From: Gemmatimonadota bacterium
Lineage (GTDB): Bacteria > Gemmatimonadota > Gemmatimonadetes > Gemmatimonadales > GWC2-71-9
Length of the DNA: 37,160 nt
Direction of reading: 5' to 3'
Assembly: GCA_039588295.1 (NCBI GenBank)
Contig: JBDHAB010000039.1
Location: 1 to 37,160 of the forward strand
The position numbers and the translations under genes are program-made. Positions within the stretch are counted from its first letter, which is position 1. Each line of letters begins with the position of its first letter. Below the pieces are notes generated by a model. The model had not been told where the DNA came from. It searched no databases and worked only from the letters and a program-made list of their open reading frames with translations. Positions 1 through 9,108 of this stretch are shown in pieces.

Positions 1-2
1 TG

Positions 3-446
3 TTGGCCGCGTTAGCAGGTTTGACCAGTCTCTACTTCGACGTGGAGAACGTGACGTTGAGGGAAAGCTGGCCAGTCTTCCTGTTGGCGATTGTCGTTGC
101 CTTGGCCGATGCGGGCTATCTGGCACGTCTTCATTACGATATTGCCCGGGCGCGACGGACGGCGCGATGGCTGGAACAGAACCGCAGGCCGCTCGGCGAC
201 CTCGTCGAGTCCATTCACGGAAGGCCGCGCGTCGGAGACGACGTGCGTGGAAGGGTGTTTGTACTTTCCCTCGACGCTGTCATCTCAATAGCGTTCGGGA
301 TAGTGACGTACGTTATCTCGCGCGAGGTCTGGCTGGCCTTAGTTGCACCGCCGCTCCATTTCTTGGCGGCCTCGATATGCTGGCGGGTCGCGGTGCTATT
401 CGCTGGGAAGACAGATAGGTCACTTCCCAAGCCCAGGGCCATCTAG
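3..446 (+). CDS. Hypothetical membrane protein (~4 hydrophobic segments), probably 5'-truncated by the window edge
   Basis: Frame open from the window start; hydrophobic stretches WPVFLLAIVVALADAGYL, VFVLSLDAVISIAFGIVTYVI, VWLALVAPPLHFLAASICW. Confidence 0.6.
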   Translation: MAALAGLTSLYFDVENVTLRESWPVFLLAIVVALADAGYLARLHYDIARARRTARWLEQNRRPLGDLVESIHGRPRVGDDVRGRVFVLSLDAVISIAFGIVTYVISREVWLALVAPPLHFLAASICWRVAVLFAGKTDRSLPKPRAI

Positions 447-454
447 CCCGACGA

Positions 455-1582
455 ATGCCCGCCGACCCCGTCGCTGCCTACTTCACTCCCGATCGGTTGC
501 AACGCTACCGCAGGTTGCACTATCGATACGCACTATGGTGTGGAGACTGGTCTCTGCAAACGTACTTCGTGCCAGAGGCGGGGCTTGTATCGCGGGAATG
601 GCTACTTCAGAGCACTTTAGGCCGTATAGAGGACGAGTCGAGACGTTCACCGTGGAAAGAGACGCGGTGGGCTCTGCCAGGGACTCTTCGCTGCACGCCC
701 GTAGATCCCTCGTTGGAGTCCGCACCAGCACCGCCCCTGACCGACCCGAACGGACAGGCAGCGGCCCAGCTACCTCCGATATTCGAAGCATTGCTGGCAG
801 CTATCAACTACGCGCTGGCGCCATGGAAGCCCGAGGAATTCGGGCCCGCCTATCACGCGGAGGAACGCCTTGAACCGCTGCCACCACCATGGGAGTCCGG
901 CGCGTGGATGGGGAAGCTCAGTGATGTTCTGGACGAAGGAGACGGTGCACGGTCTGGGCTGCAAACGGAAGTCACCGTGTCCGGTATCGAGCTTTGGCAG
1001 CTCCACATGGCTGCAATGAACCCAAGCAGCCCCAAGCAAGAGCGCAAGAAGGCACGTGGGAAGCTGCGCTCATACTGGTGCGACATCGGGCGACAGGTCG
1101 GCATCCTCCCCAGCGAGCGAGAGGATAAGGGACATTCGATACCAATGAGCGAGTTGCGCGCTCTAGTGGACTCCGCGGGCGAGATTCTGAAAGAGCTCCG
1201 CAACTACCAGCCAAGTAGTGCGGAGCAGGCCGCCGTCCGAGAACTACTGAGCCAGGAACCTCATGTGCCCGCTCGGACAACGTGGGAGCGCATCAAGTCT
1301 TACGACAGGGCCGGTAGCGGCAGCTCCGACGTACTTGCCAAACTTCGCGCTCCGGCGGTCAGGCAATGGGACGCTTCCACCCACGTGTCTCTGTGGTGTA
1401 CACGCCTGGCTTTCCCGATGCTGACCCGGGCTGAGATCCTTGCGGCCCGCCCGAAGCTCCTGCCGCGGACTGTCAAGTCCGTGACATCGTCCAAGAGGGG
1501 GCACCTATGGCTGCTGCAGGTTCGGTTTGGGCTGGTCACACGCAGAATCTCTGAGGAATTGAGCCGCCAGAAGAGGCGGTGA
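455..1582 (+). CDS. Hypothetical protein (element cargo), no recognised domain
   Basis: 375-aa ATG ORF starting 8 bp after the previous stop, same orientation as all element genes; basic C-terminus. Confidence 0.65.
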   Translation: MPADPVAAYFTPDRLQRYRRLHYRYALWCGDWSLQTYFVPEAGLVSREWLLQSTLGRIEDESRRSPWKETRWALPGTLRCTPVDPSLESAPAPPLTDPNGQAAAQLPPIFEALLAAINYALAPWKPEEFGPAYHAEERLEPLPPPWESGAWMGKLSDVLDEGDGARSGLQTEVTVSGIELWQLHMAAMNPSSPKQERKKARGKLRSYWCDIGRQVGILPSEREDKGHSIPMSELRALVDSAGEILKELRNYQPSSAEQAAVRELLSQEPHVPARTTWERIKSYDRAGSGSSDVLAKLRAPAVRQWDASTHVSLWCTRLAFPMLTRAEILAARPKLLPRTVKSVTSSKRGHLWLLQVRFGLVTRRISEELSRQKRR

Positions 1583-1600
1583 CCACGATCAAGCCTCACC

Positions 1601-1650
1601 TGTTGCAGATGCGACATGCCTAGCTGCAACAACTCAGCGTTGCAGATCCG
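1601..1650. promoter_or_regulatory. GTTGCAG repeat cluster (inverted pair plus direct copy), possible protein-binding site
   Basis: TGTTGCAG 1601-1608 / CTGCAACA 1624-1631 inverted; GTTGCAGAT repeated at 1602 and 1639. Confidence 0.35.
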
Positions 1651-1772
1651 CGCCCCGTAAGAGCAACCGCTCCCGTCAAGATCACCCCTTCTATTTCGAC
1701 GTAGGCTCGTGACGCAATGCGGGCACCTCAACCGAAGCGGGAATCAAACCACTACACGACGAAGAGCGTTCG

Positions 1773-3095
1773 ATGAGCAAGAAGGTGATAACGGTACCAC
1801 CCAATCCGCCGGATCTGCTGCATCCAGCATTCGACGTTCGAGACGATGCGGCCTCGCTGGGCTTCAGCGTCGAGACCACTTCACAGCGGGGAAAGCTCCA
1901 GACTGTGGAGCTGCACGTAGTGAATGCGAGCGGCCACGTGCAGGCGCTAGACCAGGAGGAACGGGAGGTGAACGGGCGGGAGTTTCGGTACCGTCCGCAC
2001 AAAGCAACGCTTCCGCCACTGGACGATCAGTGGCATCGCCAGGACCTTGACGCGTTCCTCAGAAAGCAGACGTGTCCGGGTGGCCGCACGCTGTACGGAG
2101 CTTTGCGAGACGCGTGGTACCGCCACGTCGACTTCGATCACGAGGGAAAGTACGTGATCGTTGCGTGCTGGGGTGTCCTCACTTATGTGTATCCCATTTT
2201 CACGGCGGTGCCGTACCTGCACTTCCTCGGTGCGAAAGGGACCGGAAAGTCCCAGGCGCTAGACGTCATGAGCCAACTGGCTCGCCACGGTTACAAGGCG
2301 CGGATGAGTGCTCCGGCAATCGGCGATCTCATTGAGGCGGAGCGCATCACGCCGCTGCTCGACCAGGCAGACAACATGACGCTCGGCCACATCGACCTGT
2401 TCGCGGACTCCTATCGCGCAGGTGCCAAGCGCGCTGTGGTGAACGAGAAGAAGCGTGGTCAGCCCCACCGGTTCGAGACGTTCGGCCCAAAAGCGTTCGC
2501 CGGGACGAAGTATCTCGATGAGGACCTTGCGGACCGTGTGATTCTCATCCCGATGTCGCCTTCCACGCGTTCGGTCATTGCTGCGAAGCCCAACGACTCG
2601 AAGCTCAGCAAGCTGCGGTGGCAGTGCTACCGCTGGGCGATGCTCAACACGTTGGGCATTCGCCAGTGCGCGCCGTACCGCAATCCCGGATGGGGTCCGT
2701 TGCAGGAGTTCGGAGATCGGCAGCGCGAGTTGTGGCTGCCAATCGAGTGCGTGATGGAGGCGCTCGACGTGCCGCCCACGGACCGCGAGGCAGCACGGGA
2801 CCACTACCGCCGATCCCAGTCCTCGACACGTGCAGAACTTCAAGACGATCAGGCTGTGTTGCTTGACGTGCTGCACGAGGCTGTCGGGAACGCCGACACG
2901 TGGACGACCGACTCGAAGCAGTTGCTAGAGCGTCTCGGCGCGGGCTGGTACTCGAAGAAACTCGGGCGGGCGTTGAAGGCGCTCGGAGTCCTGCGCGAGG
3001 TACCCAAACGGACGACAGACCGGAGAGCACGGACCTACGTGATCGATGGTACGGCGGTGCGGTCGCTTCGCAAGCGCCATGGCCTCGACCAGTGA
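1773..3095 (+). CDS. DUF3631-like P-loop NTPase, putative replication helicase/Rep of the element
   Basis: ACWGVLTY..PIF..VPYL segment, Walker A GAKGTGKS, Walker B-like PLLDQAD, FGPKAFAG and LADR motifs, RQRELWLP, C-terminal winged-helix-like SKKLGRALKALG. Confidence 0.7.
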   Translation: MSKKVITVPPNPPDLLHPAFDVRDDAASLGFSVETTSQRGKLQTVELHVVNASGHVQALDQEEREVNGREFRYRPHKATLPPLDDQWHRQDLDAFLRKQTCPGGRTLYGALRDAWYRHVDFDHEGKYVIVACWGVLTYVYPIFTAVPYLHFLGAKGTGKSQALDVMSQLARHGYKARMSAPAIGDLIEAERITPLLDQADNMTLGHIDLFADSYRAGAKRAVVNEKKRGQPHRFETFGPKAFAGTKYLDEDLADRVILIPMSPSTRSVIAAKPNDSKLSKLRWQCYRWAMLNTLGIRQCAPYRNPGWGPLQEFGDRQRELWLPIECVMEALDVPPTDREAARDHYRRSQSSTRAELQDDQAVLLDVLHEAVGNADTWTTDSKQLLERLGAGWYSKKLGRALKALGVLREVPKRTTDRRARTYVIDGTAVRSLRKRHGLDQ

Positions 3096-3283
3096 CCGAT
3101 CCGCGACTGAGTCGGAAAGGCATGGATCGGTCGCGCGTATCATGTTGTGGTGCAATCATTTACGCTCAGAAATGACCCACTGACCGACCGATAAGAAGAT
3201 ATGATGAAGATGAGAAGACTCGCACTGATCAGCCGCGCGCCAGGGGCATTCCCCAGAGACCGGTCAGGTCGGTCGTTCGGTCG
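3087..3283. repeat. Putative replication origin: GACCG/CGGTC short repeats in both orientations around an A/purine-rich tract
   Basis: GACCGATCC 3094-3102 / GGATCGGTC 3124-3132; TGACCGACCGA 3181-3191; CGGTCAGGTCGGTCGTTCGGTC 3261-3282; ATAAGAAGATATGATGAAGATGAGAAGA 3191-3218. Confidence 0.5.
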
Positions 3284-3297
3284 CACGGAGCGACGGC

Positions 3298-3636
3298 GTG
3301 ATTGACCCGCTCGCTGCCCTCTGCGAGCGCTGGCGCGACGAAGCGGCCACGCTGCGCCGCCGTGGTGCAGAGGCGCAGGCGTGCGTGCTGGAGCAGTGCG
3401 CGGAGGAGCTGGAGGCAGGGGTGCGCGAGGCTGAGCTTGAGGCCCTCACGCTCCAGGAGGCTGCGGTGGAGAGCGGCTACAGCACGGATCACCTAGGGCG
3501 GCTGGTACGCGAAGGGAAGGTGCAGAACGTGGGCAAGCCCAATGCCCCGCGCATCCGGCGGTGCAACCTGCCGAGAAAGCCAAGAACTGACGTTGACGAC
3601 ATCGCAAAGCGCCTCCTAGGGGCAGGGAAGAGCTGA
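3298..3636 (+). CDS. Excisionase-like helix-turn-helix protein (putative recombination directionality factor)
   Basis: LTLQEAAVESGYSTDHLGRLVREGKV is the HTH_17/Xis pattern; lies upstream of the integrase. Confidence 0.65.
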   Translation: MIDPLAALCERWRDEAATLRRRGAEAQACVLEQCAEELEAGVREAELEALTLQEAAVESGYSTDHLGRLVREGKVQNVGKPNAPRIRRCNLPRKPRTDVDDIAKRLLGAGKS

Positions 3637-3638
3637 CC

Positions 3639-3673
3639 TTGCGCATTAGGGATGGCGGCACCATATTGGTGCC
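3639..3673 (+). promoter_or_regulatory. Sigma70-type promoter overlapped by a 17-bp palindromic operator; predicted leaderless start at the XRE ATG
   Basis: TTGCGC 3639-3644, 17-bp spacer, CATATT 3662-3667; palindrome GGCACCA-TAT-TGGTGCC 3657-3673; ATG at 3674. Confidence 0.55.
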
Positions 3674-3922
3674 ATGAACAGGAAAGCGTTGACTGCGCGG
3701 GTTCGCCGAGCGCTTGATCGTGCGCCTTGCAGCCTCCGCAGGTTAGCGCGCGAAGCGGACGTACCGCACTCTACGCTTGTGCGCATCCAGAAGGGGGAGC
3801 GTGAGGCGACGCTAGATGTCGCACACCGAGTCGCACGGGCACTAAGCGCATGGGGAAAGCAGTGTCAAAAGCTGGCTGAAGCTGTCGAACGGGCAACCAG
3901 ACAGATACGAAAGGAGGTGTAA
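3674..3922 (+). CDS. XRE/Cro-like HTH transcriptional regulator
   Basis: SLRRLAREADVPHSTLVRIQKGEREATLDVAHRVARAL is an HTH_3-type motif. Confidence 0.8.
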   Translation: MNRKALTARVRRALDRAPCSLRRLAREADVPHSTLVRIQKGEREATLDVAHRVARALSAWGKQCQKLAEAVERATRQIRKEV

Positions 3923-3923
3923 C

Positions 3924-5123
3924 ATGCCGCGAAAGCGGAAGTGCTGGTCGTGGAAGACCGGCGAGCGTGGCGCGACGGTGCGCGTCTTTGAGCGGAAGGC
4001 AGGTGGAGCGCTCTACATCGGTGTGCCCACGGCGAAGGGTGGATACCGTCGAGTCTCGCTGGGGCATCGCGACAGGGAGCGCGCGAAGTGCGAGGCGCGA
4101 GGGGTGTCGGCGCAGCGGTTCGCGGGCGCAGAGGTCACGTCAGAGCTGACGGTAGCGCGCCTCTTCGCTATGTACCTGCCCACCGTCAGAGGGAAGCAGT
4201 CCTATCGCGACCAGGTGCGACGGGCCGCTGAGATGTGGACTCGCTTCCTCGGACCGCAGTACAAGGTGACACGAGTCGGGCCGCGCGAGTGGGATACGTT
4301 CATTGCGAAGCGCGGGTCAGGCGAGATTGACTGCAAAGGGAACGCCATCGCGGACGCCGCGACACGCAAGCCTGTAGGGGCGACGTGTGTGGCATATGAC
4401 CTCGGGGTACTCCGCGCAGCGTGTCGCAGGGCAACCGTTGAACGCACGACAGCAGGCAGGTTCGTGCTCCAAGCCGATCCGACTCGTGGACTTTCAATGC
4501 CGACCGAGAAGAACCCGGCACGGCCTACCGCCGACCATCACCGCTTCGAGCGAACGCTTGCCAAGGTGGGAAGGATCGAACCCAAGGAGCCGTGGAAGGG
4601 AGAGATGTTGCGGCTGCTGTTGTGGCTGGCAAGTGACACGGGTCGTCGCATCAGCTCGATTCTGGCGCTCCGCTGGAGCGACTGGAGTCCCGAGGTCGGC
4701 ACGCACGGAGTACTGCGATTCAGGGCGGATGCGGATAAGGTCGGACGGGAGTGGTGGACGCCTGTCACGCCTGAGCTGCGTCGAGAGCTGGAGTCGTTTC
4801 GAAAAGCCCATCCAGGGGTGGGGAACACGCTGATCTTCCCGTCGCCGTACGATCCGCAGGCTCCGCTGCACCGTATCACCGTGACAGGATGGCTTCGACG
4901 CGCGGAGCGACTTGCTGACCTTCCGAAACTCAAGGGCGGGTCGTGGCATCCCTACCGACGTCGCTGGGCTTCGGAGCGGAAGCATCTGCCGTTGACCGAC
5001 GTGGCAGCCGCAGGTGGTTGGAAGGACACGAGCACCATCACACGTTGCTACCAGACGCCCGACGTGGAGACGATGGAGCGAGTGATCACGATGCCGCGAC
5101 GTCTGAAGCGGATCGCGCAGTAG
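3924..5123 (+). CDS. int: Tyrosine recombinase / phage-type integrase
   Basis: Catalytic motifs TGRRISSILALRWSD (R), DKVG (K), HPYRR (HxxR), GGWKD and terminal TRCY (Y); N-terminal arm-binding-like region; strong SD AAGGAGGT upstream. Confidence 0.92.
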   Translation: MPRKRKCWSWKTGERGATVRVFERKAGGALYIGVPTAKGGYRRVSLGHRDRERAKCEARGVSAQRFAGAEVTSELTVARLFAMYLPTVRGKQSYRDQVRRAAEMWTRFLGPQYKVTRVGPREWDTFIAKRGSGEIDCKGNAIADAATRKPVGATCVAYDLGVLRAACRRATVERTTAGRFVLQADPTRGLSMPTEKNPARPTADHHRFERTLAKVGRIEPKEPWKGEMLRLLLWLASDTGRRISSILALRWSDWSPEVGTHGVLRFRADADKVGREWWTPVTPELRRELESFRKAHPGVGNTLIFPSPYDPQAPLHRITVTGWLRRAERLADLPKLKGGSWHPYRRRWASERKHLPLTDVAAAGGWKDTSTITRCYQTPDVETMERVITMPRRLKRIAQ

Positions 5124-5197
5124 CCAACCTCCAGCTGGTCCACAAGCTGGGCCAGCAGTTCGTAATTGCAATCTTCATAAGCAGTTAGAGACCCTGC

Positions 5198-5210
<13 letters not shown>
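5124..5210 (+). other. Putative attR region (arm-type repeats plus junction with recQ)
   Basis: AGCTGGTCCA 5133-5142 / AGCTGGGCCA 5145-5154; RecQ-like coding resumes at ~5198 (TCC CTC ATG CAG GAT CAG GTT = SLMQDQV); in-frame TAG at 5186-5188. Confidence 0.55.
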
Positions 5211-6212
<1,002 letters not shown>

Positions 6213-6214
<2 letters not shown>

Positions 6215-6272
6215 AGGGCCCCTGTCCTCAATTGCGAACACTCGTCACCCGAAAGGGGCGGACAGGGCCTTC
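6213..6272 (+). terminator. Long imperfect stem-loop just after the recQ stop (terminator or stabiliser)
   Basis: GAAGGGCCCCTGTCC pairs imperfectly with GGACAGGGCCTTC; internal CCC-GAAA-GGG hairpin; no clear U-tract. Confidence 0.35.
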
Positions 6273-6280
6273 GAAAATCG

Positions 6281-6316
6281 TTGAGGTGGATGCTGTATAT
6301 GACTATCCTATATAGT
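6281..6316 (+). promoter_or_regulatory. Putative sigma70 promoter in an AT-rich patch
   Basis: TTGAGG 6281-6286, 17 bp, TATCCT 6304-6309; alternative -10 TATAGT 6311-6316. Confidence 0.4.
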
Positions 6317-6320
6317 GTTA

Positions 6321-6700
6321 GAAAGGGCTGCAGACTTTGGGCATGCTCTTTCCATAGACGGGAGTCAACGTAAGAACACTGCGGCATGCTGAGCATCTTG
6401 CTGCCAGGCAAGAGATCTCGTCGGGAGGGGACGAGCGGGACCACGCAAGCCCGGGCTCAGCAAGCCGCAGCGTCTTTTGTCATGCCAGCGATCACTGTGC
6501 CGACCTGCTCCGCCCGGCGTCAACCGCTGGGAACGGTGAGAGCTGCGCTCCGCGCCAGGACGCGACGGCCAGACGCAGGACTGCCTCCCTCCTGCTGTAT
6601 GTCCGCAATCGCTCTGACCGGTTGGTCAAGCACTGGCGCTCCATTCTGGCGGTGCGGGGTACGTCTGGTCGAGAGTCGCCGATGAGTCCCCGGCGCGCGT
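6321..6700 (+). ncRNA. Candidate structured ncRNA or long nfeD leader, not matched to a family I recognise
   Basis: 5' hairpin, four-way junction closed by a 15-bp stem, second multibranch domain, and loop-loop complementarity GGGAGG/CCUCCC. Confidence 0.4.
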
Positions 6701-6759
6701 AGCTTTCGCCCCGGCTTTTCCATAACTTCCAAGTCGACTGTTACGCGGGGGAGAAGATT

Positions 6760-8091
6760 GTGTCCCGTTGGCCCATAACACTGGCTGCAGCGGCCGTGGT
6801 GGCATGCGCGACGGGCGTGTCAGCCCAACAGCCGGTTGTCTACCGAGTTCCCGTCACCGGCACCATCGAGCTTGGCATTGCCCCCTACATCAGCAGGGTA
6901 CTGCAGGAGGCGGGGGAGGAGGGGGCGGTGGCGGTCATCCTCGATGTGAACACCCTCGGGGGCCGCGTCGATGCCGCGCTCAATATTGTTGATGCGGTGA
7001 GCCAGGCGGCGATTCCAGTCTATGCGTTTGTGAATCCGCGCGCGATTTCGGCGGGTGCGTTGATCTCGGTCTCGGCCGACACGGTGTTCATGACGTCGGA
7101 CGCACTGATTGGCGCGTCCACCGTCGTCACCGGGGGCGCCGACAAGGCATCGGAAAAGGCACAGAGCATGATGCGCGCACAGTATCGCGCCATCGCCGAA
7201 CGCCGGGAGATCGATCCCGCAATCGGCGAGGCCATGGTCGACGAAACCATCGAGATCGAGGGCGTGATCGAGGCGGGCAAGCTGTTGACCATGACCACCG
7301 ACGAGGCCGTTCGCGTCGGCTACGCCATCGAGGTGGCAGGCTTCGCCGGCGTGCTCGAGGTGCTCGACCTTGCGGACGCCGACGTGGTGAGCCCGGGTGT
7401 GAATTGGGCCGAGCAACTCGTGCGGTTTCTGTCCAACCCGATCGTCGCGCCGCTCTTGCTGTCGATCGGTGTGCTCGGTCTCATGATCGAGATCAAGACA
7501 CCGTCGTTTGGCCTCGCCGGCGCGGTGGGACTGGTGTCACTCGGAGCCTTCTTTGGCAGCCACCTGCTCATCGGCCTCGCGGGCATGGAGGAGGTCATCC
7601 TGCTGGGTGTCGGGTTGGTTGCGCTCGGGATCGAAGTGTTTGTGGTGCCCGGGTTCGGGATCGCCGGCATAATTGCCCTGTTGTGCATTGGCTCGTCGAT
7701 CTTCCTCGCGCTGATCGGCAACCTACCCACATGGTCGGATGTCCTGCGCGCGAGCGGGGTGCTGTTTGCGGCGGCGATGATCGTCGTTGCCGCGGTCTAC
7801 GTGCTGGTGCGCCAGCTCCCGGCACGGCGCGGCTCCCGTGGCATCTTTCTGCGGGCGGCCACCTTGAAGACGGAAGGATATATTGCGGGAGCGAGCCGGG
7901 ATGACCTCATCGGGATGGAGGGAATCGCGCTCACGGACCTGCGGCCGTCGGGTACCGCGAAGTTTGGGGACGAGCGGGTCGATGTGGTGTCCGACATCGG
8001 GTTCGTGGCCAAGGGCGCGCACGTCAGAATCATTCGGTCGGAGAGTTACCGGCACGTCGTCGAGCCCGTGGAGTCGGGATCGGCTGGATAA
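6760..8091 (+). CDS. nfeD: NfeD-family membrane-bound serine protease (long form, YqeZ-like)
   Basis: Signal peptide, ClpP-like domain (LDVNTLGG, AISAGALI, SEKA), TM region with EIKTPSFG and EVFVVPGFGIAG, C-terminal OB fold (LTDLRPSG). Confidence 0.9.
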   Translation: MSRWPITLAAAAVVACATGVSAQQPVVYRVPVTGTIELGIAPYISRVLQEAGEEGAVAVILDVNTLGGRVDAALNIVDAVSQAAIPVYAFVNPRAISAGALISVSADTVFMTSDALIGASTVVTGGADKASEKAQSMMRAQYRAIAERREIDPAIGEAMVDETIEIEGVIEAGKLLTMTTDEAVRVGYAIEVAGFAGVLEVLDLADADVVSPGVNWAEQLVRFLSNPIVAPLLLSIGVLGLMIEIKTPSFGLAGAVGLVSLGAFFGSHLLIGLAGMEEVILLGVGLVALGIEVFVVPGFGIAGIIALLCIGSSIFLALIGNLPTWSDVLRASGVLFAAAMIVVAAVYVLVRQLPARRGSRGIFLRAATLKTEGYIAGASRDDLIGMEGIALTDLRPSGTAKFGDERVDVVSDIGFVAKGAHVRIIRSESYRHVVEPVESGSAG

Positions 8092-8112
8092 CGGAGAAAC
8101 GGGGAAGCCGAA

Positions 8113-9105
8113 ATGAACGATATCGCACAGCTGGGTTCGTTGGCGCTGGTCGTTGGCGTTGTGGCGGCGGTGATCTTCGTGGGGCTGCTGTTCAACTTCG
8201 TACCGGTACGATTGTGGATCGAGGCGTGGTTTTCCGGGGTGAGAATCGCCTTGAGCACGCTCGTGGGCATGCGACTGCGGAAGGTGAGTCCACCGGCGGT
8301 GGTGCGACCGCTCATCGCCGCCACCAAGGCCGGCCTGTCCCTGCACATCAATGAGCTCGAAGCGCACTACCTGGCCGGCGGCAACGTCGACCGAGTCGTC
8401 CGTGCGTTGATCTCGGCGGACAAAGCCGGAATCGACTTGCCGTTCCAGCAGGCGGCCGCAATCGACCTCGCGGGACGCGACGTGCACGAGGCCGTGCAGG
8501 TCTCCGTCAACCCGAAGGTGATTCAGACACCCAAGGTCGCTGCCATGGCCAAGGACGGCATTCAGCTCATCGCCATGTCCCGGGTCACCGTGCGCGCCAA
8601 CATCAACCGCCTCGTCGGTGGCGCAGGCGAGGAGACCATCCTCGCCCGGGTCGGTGAGGGTATCGTCTCGACCATCGGATCGGCGGCATCGCACAAAGCC
8701 GTGCTGGAGAATCCCGACGCCATTTCGAAAACGGTGCTCGCGAAGGGCCTCGACAGCGGCACCGCGTTCGAGATCCTGTCGATCGACATCGCAGACGTGG
8801 ACGTCGGCAAGAACATCGGGGCCGAGCTGCAGACCGATCAGGCGGAGGCCGACAAGCGCATTGCTCAGGCGAAGGCCGAGGAGCGGCGCGCGATGGCCGT
8901 AGCGCAAGAGCAGGAGATGAAGGCACGCACGCAGGAAATGCGGGCGCACGTCGTCGAATCAGAAGCACAGGTGCCGCTCGCGATCGCGGAGGCCTTCCGT
9001 AAGGGTCAACTGGGCGTGATGGACTTCGTTCGCTACCGCAACGTCGAGAGCGACACGGAGATGCGCCGCAGCATCGCAAAGGGTGAGGAGCAGCAGGGGG
9101 CCTGA
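8113..9105 (+). CDS. floA: Flotillin-like protein FloA (YqfA/UPF0365)
   Basis: [72 protein letters not shown]; follows nfeD. Confidence 0.95.
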   Translation: MNDIAQLGSLALVVGVVAAVIFVGLLFNFVPVRLWIEAWFSGVRIALSTLVGMRLRKVSPPAVVRPLIAATKAGLSLHINELEAHYLAGGNVDRVVRALISADKAGIDLPFQQAAAIDLAGRDVHEAVQVSVNPKVIQTPKVAAMAKDGIQLIAMSRVTVRANINRLVGGAGEETILARVGEGIVSTIGSAASHKAVLENPDAISKTVLAKGLDSGTAFEILSIDIADVDVGKNIGAELQTDQAEADKRIAQAKAEERRAMAVAQEQEMKARTQEMRAHVVESEAQVPLAIAEAFRKGQLGVMDFVRYRNVESDTEMRRSIAKGEEQQGA

Positions 9106-9108
9106 GCA

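Noticed and set aside
6293..6308. LexA/SOS box starting CTGTATAT
   Set aside because: Only a half site; no ACAG right arm
6526..6600. Cobalamin riboswitch (GGGAACGGTG resembles its core)
   Set aside because: The rest of the consensus (CCCGCAACTGT, GCCACTG, B12 box) is absent, and downstream genes are unrelated to B12
6386..6685. 99-aa ORF in the recQ-nfeD gap
   Set aside because: No recognisable motif or good SD; it coincides with strong RNA stems, though coding cannot be fully excluded
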